DNA of 52,174 nucleotides from an uncultured Porphyromonadaceae bacterium (GTDB taxonomy: Bacteria > Bacteroidota > Bacteroidia > Bacteroidales > UBA12481), in NCBI GenBank assembly GCA_964416825.1, contig CAYQFT010000001.1:1-52174 (forward strand). Direction: 5' to 3'. Positions 31,962 to 40,932 of the stretch are shown here, one piece after another. Below the pieces are notes generated by a model. That model saw only the letters and a program-made list of their open reading frames with translations. It ran no database searches and had not been told where the DNA came from. Numbering within the stretch: position 1 is the stretch's first letter; each line of letters opens with the position of its first letter. Both the position numbers and the translations under genes were made by a program.

Positions 31962-33006
31962 GATTCTTTTGAATATCTGTGATAACTCGCTTCATTCCTG
32001 GACAATTAGGAAGCTCGCACAAAACTTTCCAGAGTTCCGGAACACGGCATTCCAGGCGAAAAGCACCGGTGACATGCTCAAGGTTAGTCATGGCCGGTGG
32101 GATGCTGAGCAGGAAAGATTTCTTTTTCTCAATCAACCCCCTGAATCCAAAAGCACCAAGAGCCTGCATTTTGCGAATGAGAATAAACCCGGGGTAAAAC
32201 CGGTCGAGCATTCCGGACCACTCATCCTGATATGAAGCCAGTTTCTCCTGATACTGCGCATACAAGCGGGTTCTTTCATCAGAGGTGAGGCCTGCTTTTG
32301 CATCATACAGCAGGGAGGCCAGGTCATAGGCGGGAAATCCCATCCTGCCGCCTTGAAAATCGATGAAACCCGGATGCCCGTCTTGGATCATAATGTTCCT
32401 GGACTGGAAATCCCGGTATAGGAAAAAGTTCTGTGGTGCAAGGCACAGGAAGTCAGAGAATGCGTGAAAATCGTCTTCAAGCGCTTGTTCATCAAACGGG
32501 ATTTTGACCAGCTTAAGGAAATTATATTTGAAATAATTGAGATCCCATAGCATGGACTGCTTGTCGAAAGACTTCCTTGGGTAGGCCAGGGAATAATCCA
32601 ACCCCTCGTGTCCCTCAACCTGAATTCTGGGAAGCCAGTCCATGATTTTGGTTAAAACTTCTGCCCTTCTGGTCTCGTCCGCCTTATCGGTTGACTGAAG
32701 CAAAGCGAAAAGGTCGATGTCGCCAAAATCTTCCTGGAGGTACATTTCCCTGTTGTCGGAAATGGCGAAAATTTCCGGCATCGGCAATCCTTTTTGCCTG
32801 AAATGTCTGGCAAATCCTATAAAAGCCTCATTTTCCCTAAGATCGGAATAGAAAACGGCAACGGCCTTTTTGGAATCCCCAGCTATCCTTGCGTACAATC
32901 GATAAGATCCTGATTCGGGTATTGTAGAAATGGCCCGGACTGATTCGCCGGACCATTTCTCGAATAAACGGACAAACTCTTCTTGTACGTAACCGTCAAT
33001 CTCCAT
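31954..33006 (-). CDS. amgK: Aminoglycoside-phosphotransferase-fold kinase, AmgK-like (anomeric MurNAc/GlcNAc kinase candidate)
   Basis: 350 aa. The APH-type catalytic loop is LYRDFQSRNIMI, followed by FIDFQGG. It is paired with a MurU-like nucleotidyltransferase, as in the AmgK-MurU recycling route. Confidence 0.6.
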   Translation of the reverse strand: MEIDGYVQEEFVRLFEKWSGESVRAISTIPESGSYRLYARIAGDSKKAVAVFYSDLRENEAFIGFARHFRQKGLPMPEIFAISDNREMYLQEDFGDIDLFALLQSTDKADETRRAEVLTKIMDWLPRIQVEGHEGLDYSLAYPRKSFDKQSMLWDLNYFKYNFLKLVKIPFDEQALEDDFHAFSDFLCLAPQNFFLYRDFQSRNIMIQDGHPGFIDFQGGRMGFPAYDLASLLYDAKAGLTSDERTRLYAQYQEKLASYQDEWSGMLDRFYPGFILIRKMQALGAFGFRGLIEKKKSFLLSIPPAMTNLEHVTGAFRLECRVPELWKVLCELPNCPGMKRVITDIQKNHA

Positions 33007-33008
33007 GG

Positions 33009-34541
33009 CTATTTTGCGACACTGACGGCTCTGGTTTCGCGTATTACAGTAATTTTAACCTGCCCAGGATAGGTCATTTCATCCTGAATTTTCTTGGCTA
33101 TATCGTAGGATAGCGTTTCCGCTTCCTTGTCACTGACTTTATCGCTCCCGACAATAACGCGAAGTTCCCGCCCGGCCTGGATTGCGTAAGTTTTCACAAC
33201 GCCCGGATAACTGAGGGCCATATCTTCCAGTTCTTTCAATCGCTTAATATAGGATTCAACCGCTTCTCTCCGGGCTCCCGGACGGGCGCCTGAGATTGCA
33301 TCGCAAACCTGAACGATCGGGGCCAGCAGGGTTGTCATTTCGACTTCCTCGTGGTGTGATCCGATAGCATTACAAACTTCGGGTTTCTCTTTAAGTCGTT
33401 CTGCGATCTTCATCCCAAGAACTGCATGTGGCAATTCAGGTTCCTCCTCGGCTACCTTGCCGATATCATGGAGCAGCCCGGCCCTTTTTGCAGCTTTTGC
33501 ATTGAGTCCCAGTTCAGCGGCCATAATAGAACAAAGGTTAGCGACTTCTCTTGAATGCTGAAGGAGGTTCTGGCCATACGATGAGCGATATTTCATTTTT
33601 CCAACCAAACGGATCAATTCCGGATGAAGGTTATGAATTCCCAAGTCAATGCAGGTCCGTTTTCCAGCCTCCATCACCTCTTCCTCCACCTGTTTCTCTA
33701 CTTTCTTAACTACCTCCTCAATCCTTGCCGGATGAATCCTTCCGTCGGTCACCAGCTGGTGAAGCGACAGTCTGGCGATTTCCCTGCGGACAGGGTCGAA
33801 GGCTGAAAGGATGATCGCTTCCGGGGTATCGTCAACGATGATTTCAACACCTGTGGCTGCTTCAAGGGCTCGTATATTACGTCCTTCGCGGCCGATGATG
33901 CGGCCTTTAATATCATCATTGTCAATATTGAAAATAGTGACTGAATTTTCGATAGCCTCCTCGGTTGCCACTCGCTGGATAGTGTTGATTACTATCTTCT
34001 TAGCTTCTTTAGTGGCGGACATTTTGGCCTCGTCGATGATTTCAGAGATATAACTCATCGCCTCGGATTTTGCATCCGCTTTCAGAGACTCAACGATTTG
34101 GGATTTTGCCTCTTCAGCAGACAGCCCTGAAATCGCCTCTAGTTTTTCAACCGCCTGCTTATGGAATTTGTCAAGCTCCTCATGCCGTTTGTTGACCAAT
34201 TCGAGTTGCTGATTAAGATTAGCTTTTACCACATCAAGCTCTTTACTTTTTCGCTGCGCTTCTTCAATTTTCTGCGATATGGTTGCTTCACGCTGATTGA
34301 TTCTGTTTTCAGCCATCAGAACCTTACTGTTCTTTTCATTGATTACCCGCTCATGTTCTGCTTTCAGTTGAATGAACTTTTCCTTTGCCTGAAGTATCTT
34401 ATCCTTTTTGATCATTTCTGCTTCTGCTTCAGCGTCAGAAATGATATTCTTAGATTTGCTTAGGAGCATCTTGCGGCCAACGAAAAACGCGGCCGTACCT
34501 CCTATCAGGAAGGCCAGGACTCCAATAATAACATTAGTCAT
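33009..34541 (-). CDS. rny: Ribonuclease Y
   Basis: N-terminal TM helix, a long coiled coil, a KH domain ([15 protein letters not shown]) and an HD domain (LLHDIGK). 510 aa. Confidence 0.95.
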   Translation of the reverse strand: MTNVIIGVLAFLIGGTAAFFVGRKMLLSKSKNIISDAEAEAEMIKKDKILQAKEKFIQLKAEHERVINEKNSKVLMAENRINQREATISQKIEEAQRKSKELDVVKANLNQQLELVNKRHEELDKFHKQAVEKLEAISGLSAEEAKSQIVESLKADAKSEAMSYISEIIDEAKMSATKEAKKIVINTIQRVATEEAIENSVTIFNIDNDDIKGRIIGREGRNIRALEAATGVEIIVDDTPEAIILSAFDPVRREIARLSLHQLVTDGRIHPARIEEVVKKVEKQVEEEVMEAGKRTCIDLGIHNLHPELIRLVGKMKYRSSYGQNLLQHSREVANLCSIMAAELGLNAKAAKRAGLLHDIGKVAEEEPELPHAVLGMKIAERLKEKPEVCNAIGSHHEEVEMTTLLAPIVQVCDAISGARPGARREAVESYIKRLKELEDMALSYPGVVKTYAIQAGRELRVIVGSDKVSDKEAETLSYDIAKKIQDEMTYPGQVKITVIRETRAVSVAK

Positions 34542-34592
34542 AAATTGCTCATTATTTGGTGATTATATATAAATTGAGATGATCTGTATTGC

Positions 34593-34795
34593 AAAAAAAC
34601 CCGTATTAATACCTTGAAGCAAGGAAAAACCCCAGTTATACAGGGATGGAGCGGCCAGTTTCTTCGGACTTCCAACGGCTTCATGAGAAGCTCTCCCGAT
34701 AAATCGGGATAACCAAGGCCTGTCCTAGGATACTATGAGCTTTGCTCCAATGTTAATCTTGTTGAGTTTTTACAGTGCTTAAGGATTAATACGGG
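34593..34795 (-). ncRNA. Candidate structured small RNA of about 200 nt, 6S-RNA-like, ending in an intrinsic terminator
   Basis: An 11-bp closing helix pairs 34600-34610 with 34785-34795. It is extended by 34612-15/34781-84 and 34617-20/34777-80. A second helix pairs 34625-32 with 34764-71; one position is a G-U pair only on the minus strand. A 14x14-nt internal loop follows, then helix 34647-52/34744-49. Apical hairpins lie at 34678-91 and 34695-708. On the minus strand the 3' arm runs into U7 (34593-34599). There is no ORF. The element lies directly downstream of zapA. Confidence 0.45.
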
Positions 34796-34817
34796 CAATA
34801 TTTTATTCAAAGAACGC

Positions 34818-35108
34818 CTAGTTTTTTTGTATAAACTCTTCCAGCTCCAGCGAGATCTCCTCAACTGCGTTAGTCAGGGGTGCTTCACTGGTTTGTTCCT
34901 CCAATTCAACCAACTTTAAAACGAACTGAAAAGCTGCCATGGCCAAAAAATCCTGGCCATCCTTGTCCTTGTAACGCTGCTGGTACTGACTCACCTTTTC
35001 ATTAATAATCATGGCAACTTTTCGCAGTTTCTCCTCCTCGTTCCGGTCGATGATCAGGGGATAGAAGCGACCTGCAATCTGTAATTTTATATGGAAGCTG
35101 CTATCCAC
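34818..35108 (-). CDS. zapA: Cell division protein ZapA
   Basis: 96 aa. IKLQIAGRFYPLIIDRNEEEKLRKVA...YKDKDGQDFLAMAAFQ matches the ZapA fold pattern. GTG start. Confidence 0.85.
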   Translation of the reverse strand: MDSSFHIKLQIAGRFYPLIIDRNEEEKLRKVAMIINEKVSQYQQRYKDKDGQDFLAMAAFQFVLKLVELEEQTSEAPLTNAVEEISLELEEFIQKN

Positions 35109-35116
35109 CTTATGTT

Positions 35117-35410
35117 CTATTTATTTAAAAGAGCTATACATTCATCTATTTCCCGCACAATCCTCTTAATCTGGGCTTTAGCTGTTTCACGATCCTCCGT
35201 CGGAACGAGGACCGATTTTGCCAGCCTGGCCGTTGTATATTGCTGTTCGAGACCGCTAATTTCTTTTTTTTGTTTATCTACTAAGGTTAATAATTCATTT
35301 TTTTCAAGGATCAGACCTTCGTTTTCTTTCTTGAGTGCCAGGAATTTTGCCATCAGCAGACGAACCTTATATTTTAATTGGCTGATGATCTCTTCCTGCT
35401 CAATCGTCAT
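35117..35410 (-). CDS. Small coiled-coil protein (hypothetical; ZapB-like by composition only)
   Basis: 97 aa with heptad-rich sequence (LKKENEGLILEKNELLTLVDKQKKEISGLEQQ). ATG start, 8 nt upstream of zapA, with a canonical promoter directly upstream. Confidence 0.55.
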   Translation of the reverse strand: MTIEQEEIISQLKYKVRLLMAKFLALKKENEGLILEKNELLTLVDKQKKEISGLEQQYTTARLAKSVLVPTEDRETAKAQIKRIVREIDECIALLNK

Positions 35411-35425
35411 GATCCATTTTTAATA

Positions 35426-35456
35426 CAAATATAACAAACGAATAGCTGAATTCAAA
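35426..35456 (-). promoter_or_regulatory. Canonical Bacteroidota promoter TTTG-N19-TATATTTG for the coiled-coil/zapA operon
   Basis: Minus-strand -33 TTTG (35456-35453), 19-nt spacer, -7 TATATTTG (35433-35426), 15 nt before the ATG at 35410. Confidence 0.5.
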
Positions 35457-35483
35457 ATATCTCCGGAATTTGAACCTGATGAC

Positions 35484-35491
35484 TATCTTTG
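35484..35491 (+). promoter_or_regulatory. Candidate -7 box (TATCTTTG) for the M23 peptidase gene; implies a very short leader
   Basis: Exact TAnnTTTG ending 6 nt before ATG 35498. The track's TTG start (35489) lies inside this box, which favours the ATG. Confidence 0.4.
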
Positions 35492-35497
35492 GTGCCA

Positions 35498-37237
35498 ATG
35501 AAATCAAGAGTATTGTTTTTACTGGCTTTCTATGTATTTGGAGTCTTTCTAAAGGGCCATTACGCCTATTGCCAGAAACCGCTCGGGCCTGAGGCCGGAA
35601 CTCTTGTCATGCCCGTTTCCATTCCTGTTTTTCTGGCTGGGAACTTCGCCGAACCGAGGGCCAATCATTTCCATTCGGGTATTGATATCAAGACCAACGG
35701 GACAACCGGCATTCCTGTGCTTTCCATTGCAGACGGCACCGTTTCCCGGATCAAGGTTGAGGCCGGTGGTTATGGCAATGCCCTGTATGTTGTACATAGC
35801 AATGGGTTCACCTCAGTGTATGGTCATCTGCAGGAATTCAGCCGGGAAATTCTTGAATATGTCAGGGCAGAACAATACAGGCGAGAGTCTTTTGCTGTCG
35901 ATCTGTTCCCTGAGGCATCCAGGTTTCCTGTGAAAAAGGGTCAGGTTATTGCTCTTTCTGGAAATTCGGGAAGTTCAGAGGGACCTCACCTGCATTTCGA
36001 ATTGCGTGAGACTTCCTCGGAAAACACGGTCAATCCTTTGGTCAATGCTTTCAAGCTCCCCGACAAAACCAAACCGATCATTGACAAACTATACATATTC
36101 TCACTTTCTGGCAGGCAGGAATGGATCAAGCCGGTGGTGATTCCCCTGGCCCAAAGTGGTGGAATCTATAAGCCGACCGCAGCTTCTCCGGCTCCCCTTG
36201 ACCAGGTTTGCGGGTTTGGCATTGAAACCTGGGACCATCTTGATGGTTCAACCAACAGGTGCGGTGTTTACAGGATTCAGGCGTTTCTGGACGGCCAGCT
36301 GTTCTATGATTTTATAGCGGATGAATTTGCCTTTGCCGAAACCCGGTTTATGAATAGCTTCATGGATTTCAAGCTCTTTTCATCTCTCCGTCGGCCGGTC
36401 TTAAGGCTCTACATTCAGCCTAACAATCATTTAAGTATGCTGAGTTTTTCCCGAAACCGCGGCCGTATCGAAGTGAAGGACCTGAATATTCATACTCTTA
36501 AAATCCTTATAGATGATGCTGCCGGTAACAGGTCGGAGGCCACGGTCCCCGTAAAACTTGACCCGGCAAAATTTGTCCGTGATCCTGACTTTCTTCCTGT
36601 TTACAATGCGTATTTCAGTTACAATGAGTCAAACAAATTCTCGTCGGAAGGGATCGAGATCATGGTGCCGCCTGGCAGTCTGTACGACGACATCTACTTC
36701 CAGTACGAGGCCAGACCAGCAAGGCAGGATTGTTACTCATTGACCCACTATGTTCATTCCTCTGACGTTCCCCTGCAACAATATTACCGGCTGGCTATCG
36801 AAGCCACCGGTTTGCCTGACAGGTTGAAAAACAAAGCCACAATAGCCCAGTTTGCTGGAAACGGGCGTTATGTTTCTATCGGAGGAACCTGGGAAGGAAC
36901 CCGGCTTGTGGCAAGGACCCGTAATTTCGGGGTCTTCTGTATCCGGACAGATACCGTAGGTCCTGTTATCAAGCCATTGAATTTTTCAAAGCCTGATGAT
37001 CTCAGGGCCGCAGCCAGCATCAGGTTTTCCATCCGTGATGATTTTCCTGGCATTCAATCCTTTCGCGCAGAGATTGACGAAAAGTGGGCCCTTCTGGAGT
37101 ATGATTCGAAAAACAACCTGTTTGAATACAAAATTGACACCAGGAGAATAGGCTCAGGAAAAGAGCATACCCTGGTAGTCAGGGTCTCAGACCAGTTAAA
37201 TAACAAGACCGTGTACACCACTCGATTTTATCGCTAA
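35498..37237 (+). CDS. M23 family metallopeptidase (LytM-type), large C-terminal extension
   Basis: Signal peptide, then HFHSGIDI, GHLQEF and GPHLHFE (HxxxD / HxH zinc motifs of M23). Confidence 0.85.
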   Translation: MKSRVLFLLAFYVFGVFLKGHYAYCQKPLGPEAGTLVMPVSIPVFLAGNFAEPRANHFHSGIDIKTNGTTGIPVLSIADGTVSRIKVEAGGYGNALYVVHSNGFTSVYGHLQEFSREILEYVRAEQYRRESFAVDLFPEASRFPVKKGQVIALSGNSGSSEGPHLHFELRETSSENTVNPLVNAFKLPDKTKPIIDKLYIFSLSGRQEWIKPVVIPLAQSGGIYKPTAASPAPLDQVCGFGIETWDHLDGSTNRCGVYRIQAFLDGQLFYDFIADEFAFAETRFMNSFMDFKLFSSLRRPVLRLYIQPNNHLSMLSFSRNRGRIEVKDLNIHTLKILIDDAAGNRSEATVPVKLDPAKFVRDPDFLPVYNAYFSYNESNKFSSEGIEIMVPPGSLYDDIYFQYEARPARQDCYSLTHYVHSSDVPLQQYYRLAIEATGLPDRLKNKATIAQFAGNGRYVSIGGTWEGTRLVARTRNFGVFCIRTDTVGPVIKPLNFSKPDDLRAAASIRFSIRDDFPGIQSFRAEIDEKWALLEYDSKNNLFEYKIDTRRIGSGKEHTLVVRVSDQLNNKTVYTTRFYR

Positions 37238-37258
37238 CAATAACCAAATAGTATATCC

Positions 37259-38908
37259 ATGAAAAAACTATTCATTATTTTACTCAGCCTTTCTCTGGGA
37301 GCTACAGTGCCGGCATGGTCCTGCACGAACTTTCTCGTGACCCGCGGAGCATCTGTTGATGGATCAACTATGATCACTTACGCCGCTGACTCGCACGTTT
37401 TGTACGGTGAATTATACCACCGCCCTGCGGCTGACTGGCCTGCCGGGACTCTGGCAGAGGTCAGGGAATGGGATACCGGAAAATATCTGGGAAAAATTCC
37501 CCAGGTTGCTCATACTTACGCGGTTATCGGAAACATGAATGAGCACCAGGTTGCCATCGGTGAAACCACCTACGGAGGGCGGGCTGAATTGTCCAATCCT
37601 GATGGTATTATGGATTATGGAAGTCTGATATACATGACATTGCAGAGGGTGAAGAGCGCCCGGGAAGCCATACAAACCATGGTGGACTTATGCGAGAAAT
37701 ATGGTTACTATTCCTCCGGCGAATCCTTCTCCATCTCAGATCCCAATGAAGTCTGGATTTTTGAGATCATCGGAAAAGGCCCGGGCAAAAAAGGGATCCT
37801 TTACGTCGGTCGGAAAGTCCCTGATGGGTATATCTGCGCTCATGCCAACCAGGCAAGGATCACCACGTTCCCGCTTAAGGATGCTGAAAACTGCGTGTAC
37901 AGCAAGGACGTTATAACCTTTGCCCGCGATAAAGGCTGGTTCAATGGAAAAGATGAGGAGTTTTCGTTCCGTGACACCTACGCTCCGCTGGAGTTCGGCA
38001 GCCTCAGGGGTTGCGAGGCCAGGGTATGGTCGTTCTTCAACCATGTGGCCAAAGGAATGGAACAATATATCGATTATGCCATGGGTTATGATGCCAGGAA
38101 TCCGATGCCCCTGTGGATCAAGCCTGACCATAAGCTTACTGCCCAGGAACTGATGGCCTATATGGGGGACCATTACGAAGGAACACCCATGGACATGACC
38201 AAAGATTTAGGTGCTGGAGCATTTGAATGTCCTTATCGCTGGAGACCCATGCATTTTACTGTGGATGGCCAGGATTACTTAAACGAAAGGGCCATTGCAA
38301 CCCAGCAAACCGGGTTTTCTTTCGTTTCCCAGTCCCGTTCATGGCTGCCGGATGCCATCGGGGGAATCCTCTGGTTTGGAGTGGACGATGCAGCCACAAC
38401 TCAATATGTTCCCATGTATTGCGGAATTTTGAACGTGCCTGAGACTTTTGCCGAAGGAAACGGTGACCTGTTAAAATACTCGCCAACATCAGCCTTCTGG
38501 ATCTTTAACCGCGTCTCCAACATGTGTTACCTGCGCTATAATTACATGGTCAAGGATGTTCAGATCGTACAGAAGGAACTCACCGATAAATTTGCCGCCT
38601 ATATCCCCGCAATAGATGAAGCAGCGAAAATCCTGCTGGCAAAGGATGAAAAGACGGGCCGGGAATTCCTCACCGACTTTTCATGCCGGATGGGTGATTA
38701 CACGTTCAATCGCTGGAAAGAGTTATCGGAATATCTTCTGGTCAAGTATATTGATGGGAATATTAAAAAAGAGAAAGACGGGAAGTTTCTGGACAATGGG
38801 ACCGGAGTCGCTGTTGGCCCGGACCAGCCCGGGTATTCCGAGGCATGGAAAAAAATGGTCAGGGATGATGCCGGTGCCAAGCTTAAGGTGGTGGAAATGA
38901 AGAAATGA
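37259..38908 (+). CDS. C69 family dipeptidase
   Basis: The signal peptide ends ...VPAWS|CTNFLVTRGASVDGSTMITYAADS. This is the N-terminal nucleophile Cys context typical of peptidase C69 (Ntn hydrolase). 549 aa. Confidence 0.85.
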   Translation: MKKLFIILLSLSLGATVPAWSCTNFLVTRGASVDGSTMITYAADSHVLYGELYHRPAADWPAGTLAEVREWDTGKYLGKIPQVAHTYAVIGNMNEHQVAIGETTYGGRAELSNPDGIMDYGSLIYMTLQRVKSAREAIQTMVDLCEKYGYYSSGESFSISDPNEVWIFEIIGKGPGKKGILYVGRKVPDGYICAHANQARITTFPLKDAENCVYSKDVITFARDKGWFNGKDEEFSFRDTYAPLEFGSLRGCEARVWSFFNHVAKGMEQYIDYAMGYDARNPMPLWIKPDHKLTAQELMAYMGDHYEGTPMDMTKDLGAGAFECPYRWRPMHFTVDGQDYLNERAIATQQTGFSFVSQSRSWLPDAIGGILWFGVDDAATTQYVPMYCGILNVPETFAEGNGDLLKYSPTSAFWIFNRVSNMCYLRYNYMVKDVQIVQKELTDKFAAYIPAIDEAAKILLAKDEKTGREFLTDFSCRMGDYTFNRWKELSEYLLVKYIDGNIKKEKDGKFLDNGTGVAVGPDQPGYSEAWKKMVRDDAGAKLKVVEMKK

Positions 38909-38916
38909 CAATGACG

Positions 38917-38944
38917 GACGACCGCAGACTGACGACCGCAGAAA
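38917..38944. repeat. 14-bp tandem direct repeat (GACGACCGCAGACT / GACGACCGCAGAAA)
   Basis: Two adjacent copies share 12/14 identical bases. They lie 9 nt after the C69 stop. Confidence 0.6.
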
Positions 38945-38970
38945 CAGGTGAAACTATTTTAAAATAGTGC

Positions 38971-39001
38971 TTGTTAAATCGTGAAATAAATGCTAATATT
39001 G
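38971..39001 (+). promoter_or_regulatory. Candidate rplS promoter (TTG-N20-TAATATTG)
   Basis: The -7 box has one mismatch to TAnnTTTG (38994-39001) and lies 36 nt upstream of the ATG. A TTG sits at 38971-38973. Confidence 0.3.
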
Positions 39002-39037
39002 CAGCCAATTTTGTAATAACCCATAAGAATTAGCGAA

Positions 39038-39385
39038 ATGAACTTAGTAAAAGTTGCAGAGCAGGCATTTGCGGTTCAGCAGGAATATCCGGAATTCAAA
39101 GCTGGCGATACCATTACCGTACATTATAAAATCAAAGAAGGAGACAAGGAAAGAATTCAGATGTTCCGCGGTGTGGTAATTCAGCGTCGTGGTGAAGGTA
39201 CTACCACAACTTTTACCGTTCGGAAGATTTCCGGTGGTGTTGGAGTAGAGAGGATTTTTCCGGTTTTCTCACCTTTCATCGACAAAATCGAACTTAACAA
39301 ACGCGGAAGCGTTCGCAGGGCCCGCATCTACTATCTTCGCGGTCTCACCGGCAAGAAAGCCAGGATCAAGGAAAAAAGGTTTTAG
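39038..39385 (+). CDS. rplS: 50S ribosomal protein L19
   Basis: 115 aa. [34 protein letters not shown]...[18 protein letters not shown] is an unmistakable L19 sequence. Confidence 0.97.
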   Translation: MNLVKVAEQAFAVQQEYPEFKAGDTITVHYKIKEGDKERIQMFRGVVIQRRGEGTTTTFTVRKISGGVGVERIFPVFSPFIDKIELNKRGSVRRARIYYLRGLTGKKARIKEKRF

Positions 39386-39404
39386 CCTTTTACAATATAA
39401 AAAG

Positions 39405-39430
39405 AACCCGCCCGAAAGGCGGGTTTTTTT
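39405..39430. terminator. Bidirectional rho-independent terminator between rplS and the NfeD gene
   Basis: Stem CCCGCC/GGCGGG with loop CGAAA, flanked by an A-run upstream and T7 downstream. The convergent NfeD gene's stop codon lies at the distal end of the T-run. Confidence 0.8.
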
Positions 39431-40847
39431 ATTCCGATATCTTAACGTAAACCTGGGATGATTCCTGACGAACCACGACAATCTTAGAGCCTTTGGGTAT
39501 CCATGACACATCTGCCACGGCATCATAAATCCGTCCATCAATGATTACCTTTCCGGCAGGCCGGAGAATGGAATAGGCTTCACCGGTGCGGCCTTCCAGG
39601 TTTAGCATTTCTTGAGATACGGCCACAAAACCCTCAGATTTTTGCTGGGTCCGTTGAAGAGCAAGAAAACGGAACGGGCTGTCAGAAAACATTTTACTGC
39701 TTAACCACACCGAACCCACAAATGATACAATCACCGACAGGATAACCAGGGTGAAGGCCTGGAAAATATCGGAAGCCTGCACACCTGAAAAATCGAGTTT
39801 CACATTTCGGATCAGGCTGAGTGACAAACCAAGAACCATGAGGACGATGCCGCTGATCCCCGCTACACCGAAACCGGGAATGACAAATAACTCGACCAGC
39901 AACAAGCCCAGTCCCGCGATAAACAGAAGGATCTCCCAGTGTTCAGCCAAACCGTCAAGGTATAAAGGTGCAAAATAGAAAAGGGCACCGATGACCGCAA
40001 CTATCAGAGGAAATCCAATTCCCGGAGACTGAAGTTCAAAATAGATGCCTCCGATAATCAGGAGTATCAGTATTCCCTGAATGGCGGGGCTTAACAAAAA
40101 GCTGATAAACCTTTCCAGCGCCGTCAACTTATGCTGCTTGAGTTCATATTGTGTAATCCCCTGCTTCTCCAGGAGTTCTTCAACCGAGTTTGCCTCCCCC
40201 TCACAAAAATTCCAGCGAATTGCTTCCTGCGTGGTCATAGTCAAGACCTTACCCGTATCTATCAGTCCTGCAATGTACACGGATGGATCAACCATGGCTT
40301 CTGCGATTTTCGGGTCCCTTCTCCAGCTGAAGGTGGTATCCCTTCCAGTAATCACAGTATCTTTTCCATGCGCCTCAGCTGTTGACCGCATCGTTGACCT
40401 CATGTAGGACTGATATTTATCCGGGACTACCTCCCCCGTCTGATTCACTACGGTTGCAGCCCCAATATTAGCGCCCGGTCGCATGAAAATACTGTCACAA
40501 GCTATTGAAATCAGGGAACCGGCCGAGGCGGCATTGTTATCTATAAAAACCCAAACAGGTTTGGGATAATACAGAATCTTCGTCCGGATTGAATCAGCCA
40601 TATCGACCAATCCGCCGTAGGTATTCATGCGAATAATCACCAGGTCGGCCTTCCACTCTTCGGATGCCTCAAAAGCATCCTTTGTGATCCTCCAAAGACC
40701 TTTGTCCACCTGCCTGTCCATTTCAAAGAGATAAATCCGGGGATTTTTCGGAAGAGATCCCTTCTGATTCTGGCCAATAAGAATATTACCAGGAAGAATG
40801 CATAGAAGGAAAATGGAAATCCAGGAAGCAATACCTTTTCTGATCAT
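39429..40847 (-). CDS. NfeD-family membrane-bound ClpP-class serine protease (long form)
   Basis: 472 aa. It has a signal/anchor, a ClpP-like domain (IRMNTYGG...IDNNAASAGSLISIAC), several TM helices, and a C-terminal NfeD OB-fold (GRTGEAYSILRPAGKVIIDGRIYDAV). Confidence 0.8.
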   Translation of the reverse strand: MIRKGIASWISIFLLCILPGNILIGQNQKGSLPKNPRIYLFEMDRQVDKGLWRITKDAFEASEEWKADLVIIRMNTYGGLVDMADSIRTKILYYPKPVWVFIDNNAASAGSLISIACDSIFMRPGANIGAATVVNQTGEVVPDKYQSYMRSTMRSTAEAHGKDTVITGRDTTFSWRRDPKIAEAMVDPSVYIAGLIDTGKVLTMTTQEAIRWNFCEGEANSVEELLEKQGITQYELKQHKLTALERFISFLLSPAIQGILILLIIGGIYFELQSPGIGFPLIVAVIGALFYFAPLYLDGLAEHWEILLFIAGLGLLLVELFVIPGFGVAGISGIVLMVLGLSLSLIRNVKLDFSGVQASDIFQAFTLVILSVIVSFVGSVWLSSKMFSDSPFRFLALQRTQQKSEGFVAVSQEMLNLEGRTGEAYSILRPAGKVIIDGRIYDAVADVSWIPKGSKIVVVRQESSQVYVKISE

Positions 40848-40901
40848 TTTGGAAACGCTTTTATTTCTCCAAAGTTAAAAAAGCCCTTGTGGTTTTTTTT
40901 A

Positions 40902-40909
40902 TATTTTTG
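40902..40909 (+). promoter_or_regulatory. Candidate -7 box (TATTTTTG) for the phosphofructokinase gene
   Basis: Exact TAnnTTTG 24 nt upstream of ATG 40933. Confidence 0.35.
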
Positions 40910-40932
40910 GTCGCGAATTAGAAACCAGAAAA

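Noticed and set aside
37736-38173. 145-aa minus-strand ORF inside the C69 dipeptidase gene
   Set aside because: It is an antisense shadow within a gene that has a clear family signature.
20537-39385. trmD and rplS being 18 kb apart rather than in an rpsP-rimM-trmD-rplS operon
   Set aside because: Both genes are intact and each has its own promoter-like box. Dispersal of this operon is common outside Proteobacteria and Firmicutes, so I do not treat it as an anomaly.
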